From NCBI GenBank assembly GCA_013265495.1, contig MU058636.1, positions 3,025,967-3,089,966 on the forward strand: 64,000 nucleotides of DNA, in the 5' to 3' direction. The DNA comes from Vicugna vicugna. Its lineage: Eukaryota. The position numbers and the translations under genes were made by a program. Within the stretch, counting starts at the first letter, position 1, and every line of letters begins with the position of its first letter. The notes under the pieces are model-generated. The model worked only from the letters and a program-made list of their open reading frames with translations. It was not told the origin of the DNA and made no database searches. Shown here piece by piece: positions 25,394 to 36,767 of this stretch.

Positions 25394-25823
25394 TTTGGAC
25401 TGAAATAAAATACACAACCTAAAAATTGAGAGTTATGTTTTATTCGGTGGATGTTTCTGAGGACTTAACCCTGGGATGACAGCCTCTCAGATCGCTCTGA
25501 GGGACTGCTCCAAAGTGGCAAGATAGAAGCCATGGTATATGAGTTTTCTGCAACAAAACTGCGTAGTTGGAACATCAAAAGACGACTGTTAATTCAAGAA
25601 AAACCAGACATCTCAAGTTGAGGAATTTAGTGCTTTTCTATGTATGAGAAGGTGCAAAGGTCTGGGCTCATTGACATCATTCCTTTGCTACGCACCAAGC
25701 TGCCTAGGGCCAGTGTCTTGTTCTCCCACATCCTGAGTCCCCTTGGGGCACAGGTGCTGGTGACTTGATGGCCACAACATTCTTTGTTTACTGATACAGC
25801 TTGCAGGGTTTTTTTCATTCACA
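25394..25823 (-). mobile_element. ERV1-like (MER4/MER34/MER39-group) solo LTR, ~430 bp
   Basis: On the minus strand it begins TGTGAATGAAA and ends ...TTTTATTTCAGTCCAAA with AATAAA in the 3' part. Shares AGAAAAGCACTAAA and the 3' terminus with the LTR at 35.3-35.9 kb. Confidence 0.75.
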
Positions 25824-27399
25824 GGATCTGTTTTTCCTACATCCCTTCTAATTTTACTCTCTGGTTTCACCTGAGTCCATCCTCCAATACCTGGGAAGTA
25901 TGCTTTGCTTGTATGAAATAACAGCTTTATTTTACACTCCTTGGAATTGCTAGTTTGGGTGGGTGAGGGACATTTCTTTACATGAAATAAGAGGAGGGGG
26001 AAGTAACTTAAGGTTTTCTAAATTGTGGGTAACTTAAGATGCTTTGATAATTTTTAAAACCTCATTTCCTGTCAGAGGTCCATTGCTGTAAATAGCAGGG
26101 GAATGAAAGAGAGGGAGAAGGACCAGGATGGCAAGAAAAGAGGGGGAAAGGCAAGAGCAGGGCTCATCATGGGGTTACTCGCGCCCTACTTTCCAAGGCT
26201 GGCCTTGCATTTCAAGGCCCTGCTGTCTTCAAGGAAGTTGGTTTACAATTACACATCTGTCATAAGCTGTGGACATAGGCTCAAATTACTGTGTTTCTAC
26301 TGGAAGTGACGCCAGTGAAGGCTCCGAAAAGTGATGTTTATTCCGGGGGTTTTCACTGACTCAGGCGGGCTCCTGTACCTCCTGATTGTCTCTCTCCCTG
26401 GCTCTGGGCGAGCTCTGAGTTATAAGAAGGCAGAGAAAAGCCCGTTAGTGTAAACCACTGAGATGGCAACAAATCATCACTGTTTCACAAACAATGAGTA
26501 GATGTTGCTTTGATGGCTTGAAGAAGTAGAAAAGACAATATTGTGTCAATCAGGGGTGGTCCCCTAAGTTCCAAATGGAAAGATATTGGGGTCACAGTTT
26601 TGTTGGAAGGACCAGGGCCAAGGGATTTATCTAGAAGCAGTGTTTCCATATGGCATGCACTGTTTTCACTTAGATTATATACTTTTGGGGGGCAGTTGAG
26701 AACTGGCTGATGGAGATTGTGGGGAGCGCCCAAGACTTTCCAACACACATTGTTGTGTTGGATGTGGGGTGTTTTCTTTTTTTTTTTTTTCCAAACACTG
26801 TCTCCACTTTCCGTAGTAAGAAAAGCAACAGAATACCATTTCTGAAAACTTACGAAGTTTTCTAACTACTAACTTCCACACTTTCTCTCACCCAGGCTCC
26901 ACGTATCTTGTTTTGAACATGACTGGCATAAATTTACGGGAGTAAGCAATATAAGGAGAAAGTTGAGATAAGTATCTGGGAACCCTAAGTGAACCCGACA
27001 TGCTACGTATGTAAACCGGGAGCTGCCTGACAGCTTGCAGAACTCTGTTTCTTATATCAAATGTCAAAAAGTCTGCCTGCCTGAAAATACCTACCAAAAT
27101 TATCTGCTAGGTTACCCATGTATTCATTCTAGTGTCTAGTCACCCAAGACCCTACTAGAATGTTATATTAGAATAAAAATATTCATGATTTCCTATGAAT
27201 AATTTAGTATAAATTTCATGATCACATTACCTAGTCAGTCACGTGCCAGACCCTAAGGGAAAGGGGTGTAGTACTGGTAAATCTGGATAGATGAGGAGTG
27301 ATTAGAAAAATTACAGGGCATGGGCACTTTGGTGGAGGGCATCAGTGTGGAGCAGACGGAGGGCATCAGAGGACAGTGGGCTCTGTTAGAGAGTACAAG

Positions 27400-27705
27400 A
27401 GCCAGTTACTTCTGAGCTAGATTTTACTTCGTAGTATCAGGAGAACCACAGACTCTGTTTTATTTGTTTGTTTGGTTGTTTTTGCATATATAGTTTCCAT
27501 TCTCCAGGTCATCCTATGGCTCAATATTACTGCTGGAGCTCCAGCCATTGCATCTACATTCTCATCGACAGAAAAGTGGAAAGAGAAAAAAACTACCAGC
27601 ATGATGGCTCCGTTCCATTTTCACTTATATCTCTTGGGCCGGAATTTAGACATCCACTCTTACATTTAACTGCAGGAGAAGTTAGAAAGTCTGGTCTCTA
27701 TTTTG
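27400..27705 (-). mobile_element. Old MLT1 (J/K/L-like) LTR fragment
   Basis: ctcaatattactgctggagctccagccattgcatctacattc...cacttatatctcttgggcc...taactgcaggaga. Confidence 0.6.
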
Positions 27706-28954
27706 TACTGAGAAAATGATGGATTCTATTACTATAGAAAAGGGGGAGAAAATCCTGAGTCTCTGCCATGGGATCACAGTTCCCATCTATGCTGGTTTCC
27801 ACTGTTGGGTTTCAGTCACACCTCAGCATTCCTACCAATTTTGTAGGCAGTGCTGGCCAGAAGTCGTCAAAGTGTGTCACTGAAAAGCTGGTGAGTGACC
27901 AGCAGAGCTGGCAGTGGGCTGGGGGAGCCACAGCACCCAGGAACATGGCCACCAGTCACTGGGCCTGCAGATGTGGCACTCTGTTGGGGAGGAGAGAGCC
28001 AGGACACCAGGGAGCCTAAAAAAAGAAGCAACACCACACAGCTGCTTCTTGAAATTCAACTGGGCCTTTTGAAAGCACGTGGAGCACATGAGAAATACTC
28101 AGAAACACTTGGAGACAGGGAGGGGGCTTTGCTTTGGACCAGGACCTGATATTAACCTTTAGGGCAAAAGCAAGTGAAACATTGGCTACAGTCAAAACCT
28201 TCAATAAATCATAATTTTAACAAGAAGTTCTTTCTGTGAGTTTACAGTGTGATTGAACAGAACACAGACAGGCCTGTCTTCATATGAGAAAGTGTGTCTC
28301 TTTCCTGCTTGGGAAACCTGATGGTGGTTTAATTAACCCCAGTTGAATACCAGCAGCAGGTGAGGTCTGAGCTGGTCCTTTTTTAAGTCTGTCAGATGTT
28401 AACCCGAAAGCCCCCGTGGACTTCGCCATTGTGAGTATTACACTTGCTAGTGTTACCTCCTTTTTGCAGGAAAGCTAATGACAGAGTCATTTCGAAGTTA
28501 TAATCCAAAAATTTAGGGTTTTCACGGTAACATTAATTTATTTCTCCACGTTCCATGTCCTAGTCTAAGATTTTGCAATTAGCAGGATAATTGGAAGTTT
28601 AAAATACCGTGGAGCATATGACTGGTTTAATGTTTTGTTTTGTTTTTGTAAAAACTTAGATGTTCTGATTTTATAGCTTTCAGTGTTTTATGGCTTGTTA
28701 CTGCCTTTGCAAAGGTTTTATCTTAACATACACGAAAGTTTTTAATAGTTGCATCTGCTGACATCTCTTTTACTCCTGCTTTACAGTAACAAGTAAGTGT
28801 GCAAAAGATGAGATTAGAACTTTGCAATGTGCACAACTGAAAGAACATTGGTGATGTGAATAATATCACTCAAGCTTAATGGATTATTATCTTTGCATCT
28901 GAAGGCTGTGTACTTAGAGTAGGTCAGGGCCTCAGGCAGAGTGTGGCCGGTGAC

Positions 28955-29360
28955 AGACATTGCTAGGTGTCTGCCCTACTGTCCATTCCAGACTTTCTCT
29001 TTCAGATCAGAAGCCTAATGGAAAAGTTGAAACTTCCCACCCTCTTTTGTATGGAGATAGAGCCACCAGACTAAATTCTATCCAGTGAGGTTAAGAGGAA
29101 AGGAAGCCTCTTAAAAGGGTGAAGGATGCTCTTCTTCTATTTCCCTTCCTTCTATTTACCTGGAATGCAGATTTTAGATCATGAAATGATGGAGTAAGGT
29201 TGGTGAAACAAGAAGACAGAAGGGGCCTGGATTTCAGAAGAGCTGCCATATTTAGTCCTGGAGGTTAAACTCTGGTTTTTTAGCTGAAAGAGAAAGTTCT
29301 ATCTGGTGTGAGTACTAGTGTATAGGATTTCCTCAGTTAGGCACTAGAGATGAATTCTAA
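28955..29360 (+). mobile_element. Old MLT1 (H/I/J-like) LTR
   Basis: acttcccaccctcttttg...gactaaattctatccagtgag...tttacctggaatgcagat...aagacagaaggggcctgg...agagctgccata. Confidence 0.6.
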
Positions 29361-30507
29361 TTGATGGACCAGGATTCTGAAAGGTGGGATGGAAGATACA
29401 AATCAGAGATAGCAAAGCCAAGAGTCTTCTGTTCTACAAGTTGTGGGTCCAAATTGGGACCCATAGTCATCTGTCAACCTTCTAGACAAAGAGGTATCCA
29501 TCAACTTTTATATCCTCTGCAGAGACTGGACAGTGCTTGAGCAGGTATGCAAAACAGTTGTTGAATGAATCAGTAAACAAACGAGTGAGGAGAAGGAAGT
29601 CTTGTTGGGGGGTGGGGAAGGCAGAAGGGATGCTTTTGCTCATTAGACCAAAAACACATGAAAAATCTTGCTTTGGATACTTGAAAATTTAATGTTGAAT
29701 TCATAATGGATGAACATGCTTCAGAGTGATTCAAATGATAAAGTGCTCTTAAAACTATTCTTAAAATTGAATATCTATAATTAACCCATTAGACATGTGT
29801 TGAACACCTACAGGCCCAGCACTATGCTGGATATATAATAGACAATGTTTAAAAATAGTTTTTCATTTATGTTATACGATATATAAGGAAGTACTCTTAA
29901 CATTCTTATCCTTGCTCTCTCTCACCATAGGGTTGTATCGAGGTGGTGGTAAGTCAAGCAAGAGAATAAACAAATACCCTAATTACCCTACAGATCTGTC
30001 TTCTCTCCTGCCCACCAGTGTAGCCCACGCACCCTGCCACAGTATGGAGACTAAAGAAGCTACCTGTAAAACCCAAAGGAATAAAGCTCTAACGGTGGAA
30101 TGTTAGGCACCTTGCCAAATAAAGAGATAAGCAGGCAGCAAATTAATATAATCCAGCTCTGCCAAAGGTGCCATAATGAAGGTGGTATTTCCACTGTTCC
30201 CAGAACCATCTTTTCCATGCTGCTCTGAGTTCCTTAACCTGAATCTTCTTCACTCATGATCTAATCCCAGTGTTTGTGAATTTTTGGAGATCTACATAGT
30301 CAAAGAGATGCTATAGGTATTCTGGAGTCATCGGAAGAAACTCTAGACCACTCCTGGAACAATCTCAAGAGAATGCTCACAAAATTATCCCAGATTCAGT
30401 AATTTCAGTCTCATATTACTTGGATTGGGGGAATTTGGGGAAGATGCTAAAGTCAGGTTGGTCAGCTCCTTGGGGTTGGAATATGCGTAGGAATGTTTCT
30501 AAATCAA

Positions 30508-30670
30508 CACTCTTCAACAGAATTTTCTGCAGTAAAAGGAATATGGCTTTTGAGCACTTGAATTATGGCTAGTATGACAGTGGAATTGGAGTTTTTACAT
30601 TTTGTTTAATTTTAAATGATTTCAACAGCCAACACGTGGCCAGTGGCTACCTTACTGGATAGCATAGTTT
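30508..30670. mobile_element. MER3-like hAT-Charlie relic
   Basis: caacagaattttctgcagt...ggcttttgagcacttgaattatggctagt...cacgtggccagtggctaccttactggatagcatag. Confidence 0.7.
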
Positions 30671-32639
30671 TAGAATTTTGTATTCCTGTTTATCATAAAT
30701 GTGTCTGGAGAGCAAGGATTTCAAATCTTATCCAAAGGAGAATGCTGAGGTCAGCCAAGAGAAATGTTGCCAAAATGGGTGGTCAGGCTTGATAGGTGAT
30801 GGCCAGGAATCAAAGCTGAGTGCGGAGGACCAACTGGGGCCAGAGACAAGGCCAGGTGGAGAGAATGAGGGCAGAGTCTGCAAAGGGACACACTGGCACT
30901 TTCCCCTCGGCCCACAGCTCAGGACCCTTTGCCTACAGCTGTATTTTTAAGAGTTCTTAACTTGCATGTAACTGCCTCAGCTTTCTTAGAAGGTGCAGGG
31001 CTGACGTCCAGAGCAAAGTTTGGCAATAGAGAGAAATTTGAAGATCACATGTCAAAATGCCAGCAGATTATACTACATTGCCATATTTAAATGCTGAACT
31101 AGATTTTTTTAAGTAAAAAAAAATTTTTTTGCTAACATGTTGCTTTTGTATTTTCCATGAGGTCTTTTTTCACTCCTGGCATGAAAAATCTTATTTTGCC
31201 ACAAATCAATCAAATATCTAAAAAAGGAAATTTAGGATTAAAATAGCAGATTATTTTCAGTTTCAAGGGTTTGTAATTTTACATAAATACTGGTAAGTTA
31301 ACTTTCCCATCTTTAAATAAGAAAGTATGTGAAACTCTATTTTAAAAATTCATCAGACAGCCCACCTGACTGTGACTGGCATTTTCAGTTGCCCTGGAAA
31401 CAGGCTCAAGACTCTGCTCCATTGTTTCAACTTAATGGGATGATACAATAGTCCAGTGTCTTTGGGGTCCCGCTGTTTCATGTGTCTTTAAATTTATCAC
31501 TATAGATACTGCATACAATTAACAAAGACTTTGGAAGGAGGCATCCTGAGAGCACTGACATCACTGAATCACGCCTTTCTACTTTTTCTCAATGTGAGGC
31601 TTTCTTTGGAATTGTAGGGAAGAAAGTCAAGAGAAAATGTAATCGCATAGGGAATTGGCCTTTGAACATCCTTAAAGTGAAAGGATTCTTGTTGAAGAGC
31701 TCCTTTTTCTCGGCCGAGGCTCAGAACAGCTGGACAACCGGGCTCAGGACTTCCTGGGAGAGAAAAAAAATCTCATACTTGTGAGGTCAGAAGTGATTTC
31801 ACTCCTTCCCTAAAGGGCTCAGGTTTTACGCCTGTTGGCCAAGATGACAATAGCAGGAGGAGGAAGGCTGTGGTTCGCAGTTGTGTCACTGGGGCTGGGG
31901 TGTAGACAGGAGAGCCAATCCCGTGCATGGACACGGTGTGATTGACAGAGAAGCCGACCTATCCAGGTGTGGTAGGGAAGCCCACACTGTCAGAGTAAGT
32001 TATTCACCACCCAGGAGAACTCTGATTTTGCTAGCCCACTTCCTGGATCTAGTTATGGGCTCACTTGGGTCTGGATAAGAGATTGATATACACCGGGAAG
32101 GGCAGAGAATCAATCACTCTGTGCGAACCCTCGGCCCCACCCCCGATACACTGAATCAGAAGGTCTGCAATTGAAGCGAGAGCGTTGTGTTGAAATTGTC
32201 CCCCTTCAGTCTGGCTCGTAAAGGGCCGTAGTCCCAGTCGATGCAACCATAGGACGGGTGGGCTTTGCGGAGAAAGGTACACGGAGGAGTAGGTCTGGCA
32301 GTAGTGTGTATGGCAGGGGGCCATGGATTTTGGCAGTCAGAGCAGGAAAAGCAGCTGTAGTACAGAAGGTCGTGACTCAGTGGGCTCTGCGGGTCATCTG
32401 AGAGCTCGGTAAAACGTGCAGACCCTTGGGCCGTATCCTAGACCTGTGGGATTGGAATCTGCATTTGCACAAGATGCCCAGTGTAGGAGGGAAGGTGGTC
32501 TAGGACTCCATTCAGATTCTTCCACCAGCTTCTAGTGGTGGCAGAGAAACAACACCCTGAGATGAAGAACCAGGGCTTGGGAGCCAAACTGCCGTGCTCA
32601 CGTGATACTGACATCCCCAGAAAGTTGAACCCATGGGCA

Positions 32640-32960
32640 AGATGCATGAATGCTCTCTGCGCCTTGGCCTCCTCATCTGTAAACTGGGGGCAAAGGTACC
32701 CCTGCAACTCTGGGCTGTTCCAAGGCTGAAATCATATACCCAATAAAGCACTTACGTGGAAGATAGTAGGTGCTCCGTGAATGCTAGAACCTATTAATTT
32801 TCTCTTCAGTGGTATGATGTTGGACCAGTCTCTTCACCTCCCTGGACCTCAGTTTCTACACTGAAAACATGAGGACAGTAATAAGTGGTCACTGGGCTAC
32901 GGCGAGGTTTATCAGAGACACACGTGAGCTGTTGTCTGTAAACGCCTCTACAAATGTTAG
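32640..32960 (+). mobile_element. Two adjacent MIR fragments
   Basis: cctcatctgtaaactgggg...aagcactta...tagtaggtgctc, and cacctccctggacctcagtttct. Confidence 0.6.
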
Positions 32961-35308
32961 GATGCTGTTGTGGACAGAGCCTGTCAGAGGAAGGGCAGGT
33001 ATGAAGGCGAAGCTCTCAGCCAGTCCCAGCAAGAAGGCAAGACTTCCCTAGGAGAAGGGAATCACCAAGATTTTTCTGAAGCCTAATGGGAACCAGACCA
33101 CCCTCAAATATGTGAAGAGGTGAACGGTCATTGGGCTCAAGTCATCCTGTCCTCTGTCTAGTCTCTCCACCTCCACGCATGGACCGGATCTGACCACCCA
33201 AGAAGAGACGTTTGCTCAGTGACTGGTGGGTAAATGACATCTCTGTGCAACACTGGCTGGCGTGTGGCAGGGAGTGGGGGTTGGGGGGCCACCCCTGAGC
33301 TCTGTCCTGGAGTCCCCCAGACTTCCTACTTTCCTTCTGGTCCTAGACAGACCTTGGGTGAGCTGACAACTCAGAAACTTCTGACATCTTCGATCTCTTT
33401 TGTAATCTTGACTTTCCTCTGAGGGTGCAGCCAAGCAGATGCAGGATACATTGCATTATTTGCAGGACCAAGAGACAGATAAAATCTTTTGCGTTCACTT
33501 CCTGTAGGTTGCTTAGTGCCTGAGCGGAAGAAAAGCTGACCCTGGGTTTATTCCTGCTGTTGGGAAACGTGGGAGGGACCTGCAGTGAACATCACATTTT
33601 TTCTCCACCACAGCTCTGCTGGATGAGAGCACTGGGAGTGAGTCTCAGTTCCAGGTGCCTCAGGACACTGTCAGGGCCACTGTGTTAATAATGCAGCCAC
33701 TACCGGGGCCCTGAGAGGCCGCCACAAAGGGCTGTCTGAGAGTGTGCCCCAGCTGGGAAGGAGAGGGATCCCTGCAGTCACAGGGCACTGACTGCTGATC
33801 CCCGTGTGATCCCCCTGCCTTGGCACTTGCCTTCGGCTTGGAGGACCGAGTCCACAGCACCTCTTTCTGGGTCTTCCTTCTCCTCCAAGATGGCCTCGGT
33901 GAGTGTCCCCTGTCCTCTACAATTACAGCTGCAAAATCTAAAACCCAAGTCAACACTTGTGGAATGTAAGCTCTGCCCGGCACGTCTTTGCTTTTCCCTT
34001 GGCTCATCTGTTGCCGGGTCTACAACCTGTGAGAGCAGAATGCCCCCCTGACCGAGACAGTGCAAAACTTCAGTTTAACCAGAGTGGAAATGCCGGTCCT
34101 GACCCTCCTCCGTCATCCGATCTCCTGGAGGAGACCCCCAGCCCTGCCCGGGCTGGCCTGAGCCACCCTATTGTGTCTTTCGAGTTGGTTGAAGGACTTT
34201 CTGTCTCAGGAACAATGCTGGTTACTGTTCAGACAGAAGAAGGCACATTTATGACACCCCGAGATATTAAATAAGATGCCCTGACTCTCCTGACGCTCTC
34301 GGGGCGGACAGCTCTGCAGGCTGACTCCGCTGTTGACACTGCGCGTGGAAAGGCCTGGACGGTTTGCCACAGAGAAGCAGCAGCTGCTGGTCTCAACCCT
34401 GGGCAACTGCAGACCCTCTCACTTTTCAGAAAGCAGTGGCACTGCAGGGAGGGGACTTGGTTCTGCTATAGGGCATCTCTGTGTACGTGAAGTTCTGTGT
34501 CTCTCTGGCGTCTTCTGAGAGGATTCCACGCCAGGAGGCGAGGTCTTAGGAGGAAGGAGGGCACTTGGGATGTCATGCCTGTTTGCTGGCCCAGAGCGGC
34601 TGATTGGGCCCCACTTTCTAGGACGGTACGGCTTCCGGATCCTTCCAGGGTGCTGGGGACCCTGCCCCTGGCCAGCGCGGGGCCCGTGGTCCTGCTCAGA
34701 GCGGAGCAGGTGCCGAGGCTCCTTCCCCAGGGGGCATCGGGCTGCTCTGAGACAGTTTTGTCCTTCAAAACAGAATGGTCCCTTGATGTAAGAGAAAACA
34801 CTGGTCCTAACTTCTTGGTTTACTCTTGGTGGTCACAAGCCTCCCATTCACTTTCCACAGGGTCTCCTTCTCTGGGGCCTCAGGGAAGGCCGCGCCGTCA
34901 GGAGACTGGCAAGTGGAACTGTGGGGCGGCCGGCCCGCGGCGCTGCGGGCTCTCGAGGCCCTTAAATACTCGCAGGCAAGCCCCTCCCTCCCCTCTCAGA
35001 CAGAGGCTCGTTCAGGTTCTGGATTCAGGAACCTTCCCTTTCGTGATTTAGACTCTTTTGATCCATCACCTGTGTTGCTAGTTTCTTCTCAGACCAGGTT
35101 AAAAAATACCCACAATAAAAACAAGGCTGGGTGTTCCTTATTTATGATACGCCCTGTCACTGGCCACAAATAATTAAGTCTTCAAATCCCCCAGACATAG
35201 TTATATAAAGAATAGAGGAATTGTTTGAAGACAGGTGGTAAGTTCCTTGAAGCAGAAAAGAATGTGTTCTTTGGAGAAGAGCAAAACTTTGCTGGGGGAG
35301 AAAGGCTC

Positions 35309-35864
35309 TGGGTTAAGGTTGACTTAAATCACTAGAGCTGAAAACCAGGAACATGGGCCCTGCTCACTAGAACCTGGCACTTGCCACCCGCCCCTACAAG
35401 GACTGGATCACACTGGCACCTGCCGCCTGACTCTGCTTGGGTTAAATCACAAGCGGCTGCAGCCGCCGACCTCCAACACGCCCTGCGAAGAGTTCAGGGT
35501 GCAGGTCAGGAACGAGGCGCTCTGTGCTCTGGGAAAACCGGCTGAACAGGCCTTCAGATAGTTAGATGGTTTCAGGAGATCTTATGACCCCAATTCTTGC
35601 GTCTCCTCATATCTAGAAAAGCACTAAAATCATTAACGGAGACATGTGCTCCTCGTGACGAGCAGCAGCCTCTGCCTGAGTGTGCGCCTGACTGCACGGC
35701 CCCCCTCGCTGACATCACATGTAATCCTGCATCCTCCCACTGCCTCTTTGGAACAGTTTCCCAGAGCCTTCTGGAATGTGTCTCCCATGCTATAGTCCTC
35801 ACTTTGCCCCAAATAACTCTGAACTCACAACTGTCATGTTGTGTGCTTTTTATTTCAGTCAACA
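35309..35864 (+). mobile_element. ERV1-like solo LTR (~556 bp)
   Basis: TG...CA termini (TGGGTTAAGG...TTTATTTCAGTCAACA) with possible 4-bp TSD gctc/gcac. Related to the 25.4-25.8 kb LTR; retains several CpGs. The 5' boundary is less certain. Confidence 0.78.
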
Positions 35865-35924
35865 GCACACATACACAAAAAGAGAAACCAATTTTCAAAA
35901 GGAATGAAAACACTAACTTTGAAT

Positions 35925-36345
35925 TACACCCTCCCAGTCCTATTCTTTCAACACCTGGATGCTTCTCCCTGGAGCTCCAAATCTACCTCTCCAATGCCTG
36001 CTGGGTTTGTCCACCAGTGGGTATCTTGCTGTCCCCCAAGTTGAGTGTCCCAGACTGGACCCCACACTTCCCTTTGTAGTGGCACCACCTCTTGACATCC
36101 TATTCTTGCTGATGACAGCAACTATCATTGCTAAATGTTGTCAATTCTCTCTTTAGTGATTCCAGAAACTTCTTCCTCCCTTGCATCCCCACCACTAACA
36201 AACATGACAGTGAGACTTTATCCCTGCTTCTTTTGATAATTGCAACAGGTTCCTGCCTTGTCCAGCCTTTTCCCACTCCAATCCCAATACACAAACCATG
36301 CTGAATGGATTTTCCTAAAGCACAGCTACAGTCATCTCATTGCTG
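35925..36345 (+). mobile_element. L2 LINE fragment (continues ~36790-36870 after an MLT1 insertion)
   Basis: ctcccctggagctccaaatct..ctctccaatgcctgctgg...ttgcaacaggttcct...gattttcctaaagcacagc...catctcat. Confidence 0.65.
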
Positions 36346-36349
36346 TAAT

Positions 36350-36767
36350 GGCCATTTGTCAGTAGAAGCTGCCCAATGTTGTTGAACATCCTTCCATGTC
36401 TCGGGTCAGTCCCTTCCTAACAATAGAAACCTCATATTCCAGACCCCCTTGCAGCTAAGGCTCAGACTTATGATTTCAGTCCTATGAATCATAGATACTT
36501 CAGGTTCCTGCAAGAGAAGTGGAACAAAAAGGGAATAACACAAAGAGGTGGCGGCATCACGGATCCATTCTTCTGTTAAATGCAGATGGAAGGCTGGATC
36601 TTCAGGAGAGTGGCTAGGATGTATTTTCATGACAGTAGCTCCTATTTGCAAGCTTCAGAGCCAAGCTGTTTGGCTCATCTGAAGTTCTATAGGCTACCCA
36701 ATATTGTTTGATAAATTCTCTTTCAGCTTGGACCAGGCAGAGTGGATTCTGTTGTTAGCAACTAATA
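36350..36767 (+). mobile_element. MLT1-type LTR inserted in L2
   Basis: ttccagacccccttgcagctaagg...ttgataaattctctttcagctt...cagagtggattctgttgttagcaactaa. Confidence 0.65.

Noticed and set aside
34497..35051. 184-aa ORF
   Set aside because: GTG start, located in a GC-rich patch, no domain-like features.
25823..35309. Possible provirus between the two related LTRs
   Set aside because: The LTRs are in opposite orientation and differ in sequence; the interval holds older MIR/MLT/MER repeats and no retroviral ORFs.
35572..36079. 113-aa and 160-aa ORFs
   Set aside because: They lie within LTR and L2 sequence and do not resemble gag, pol or env.
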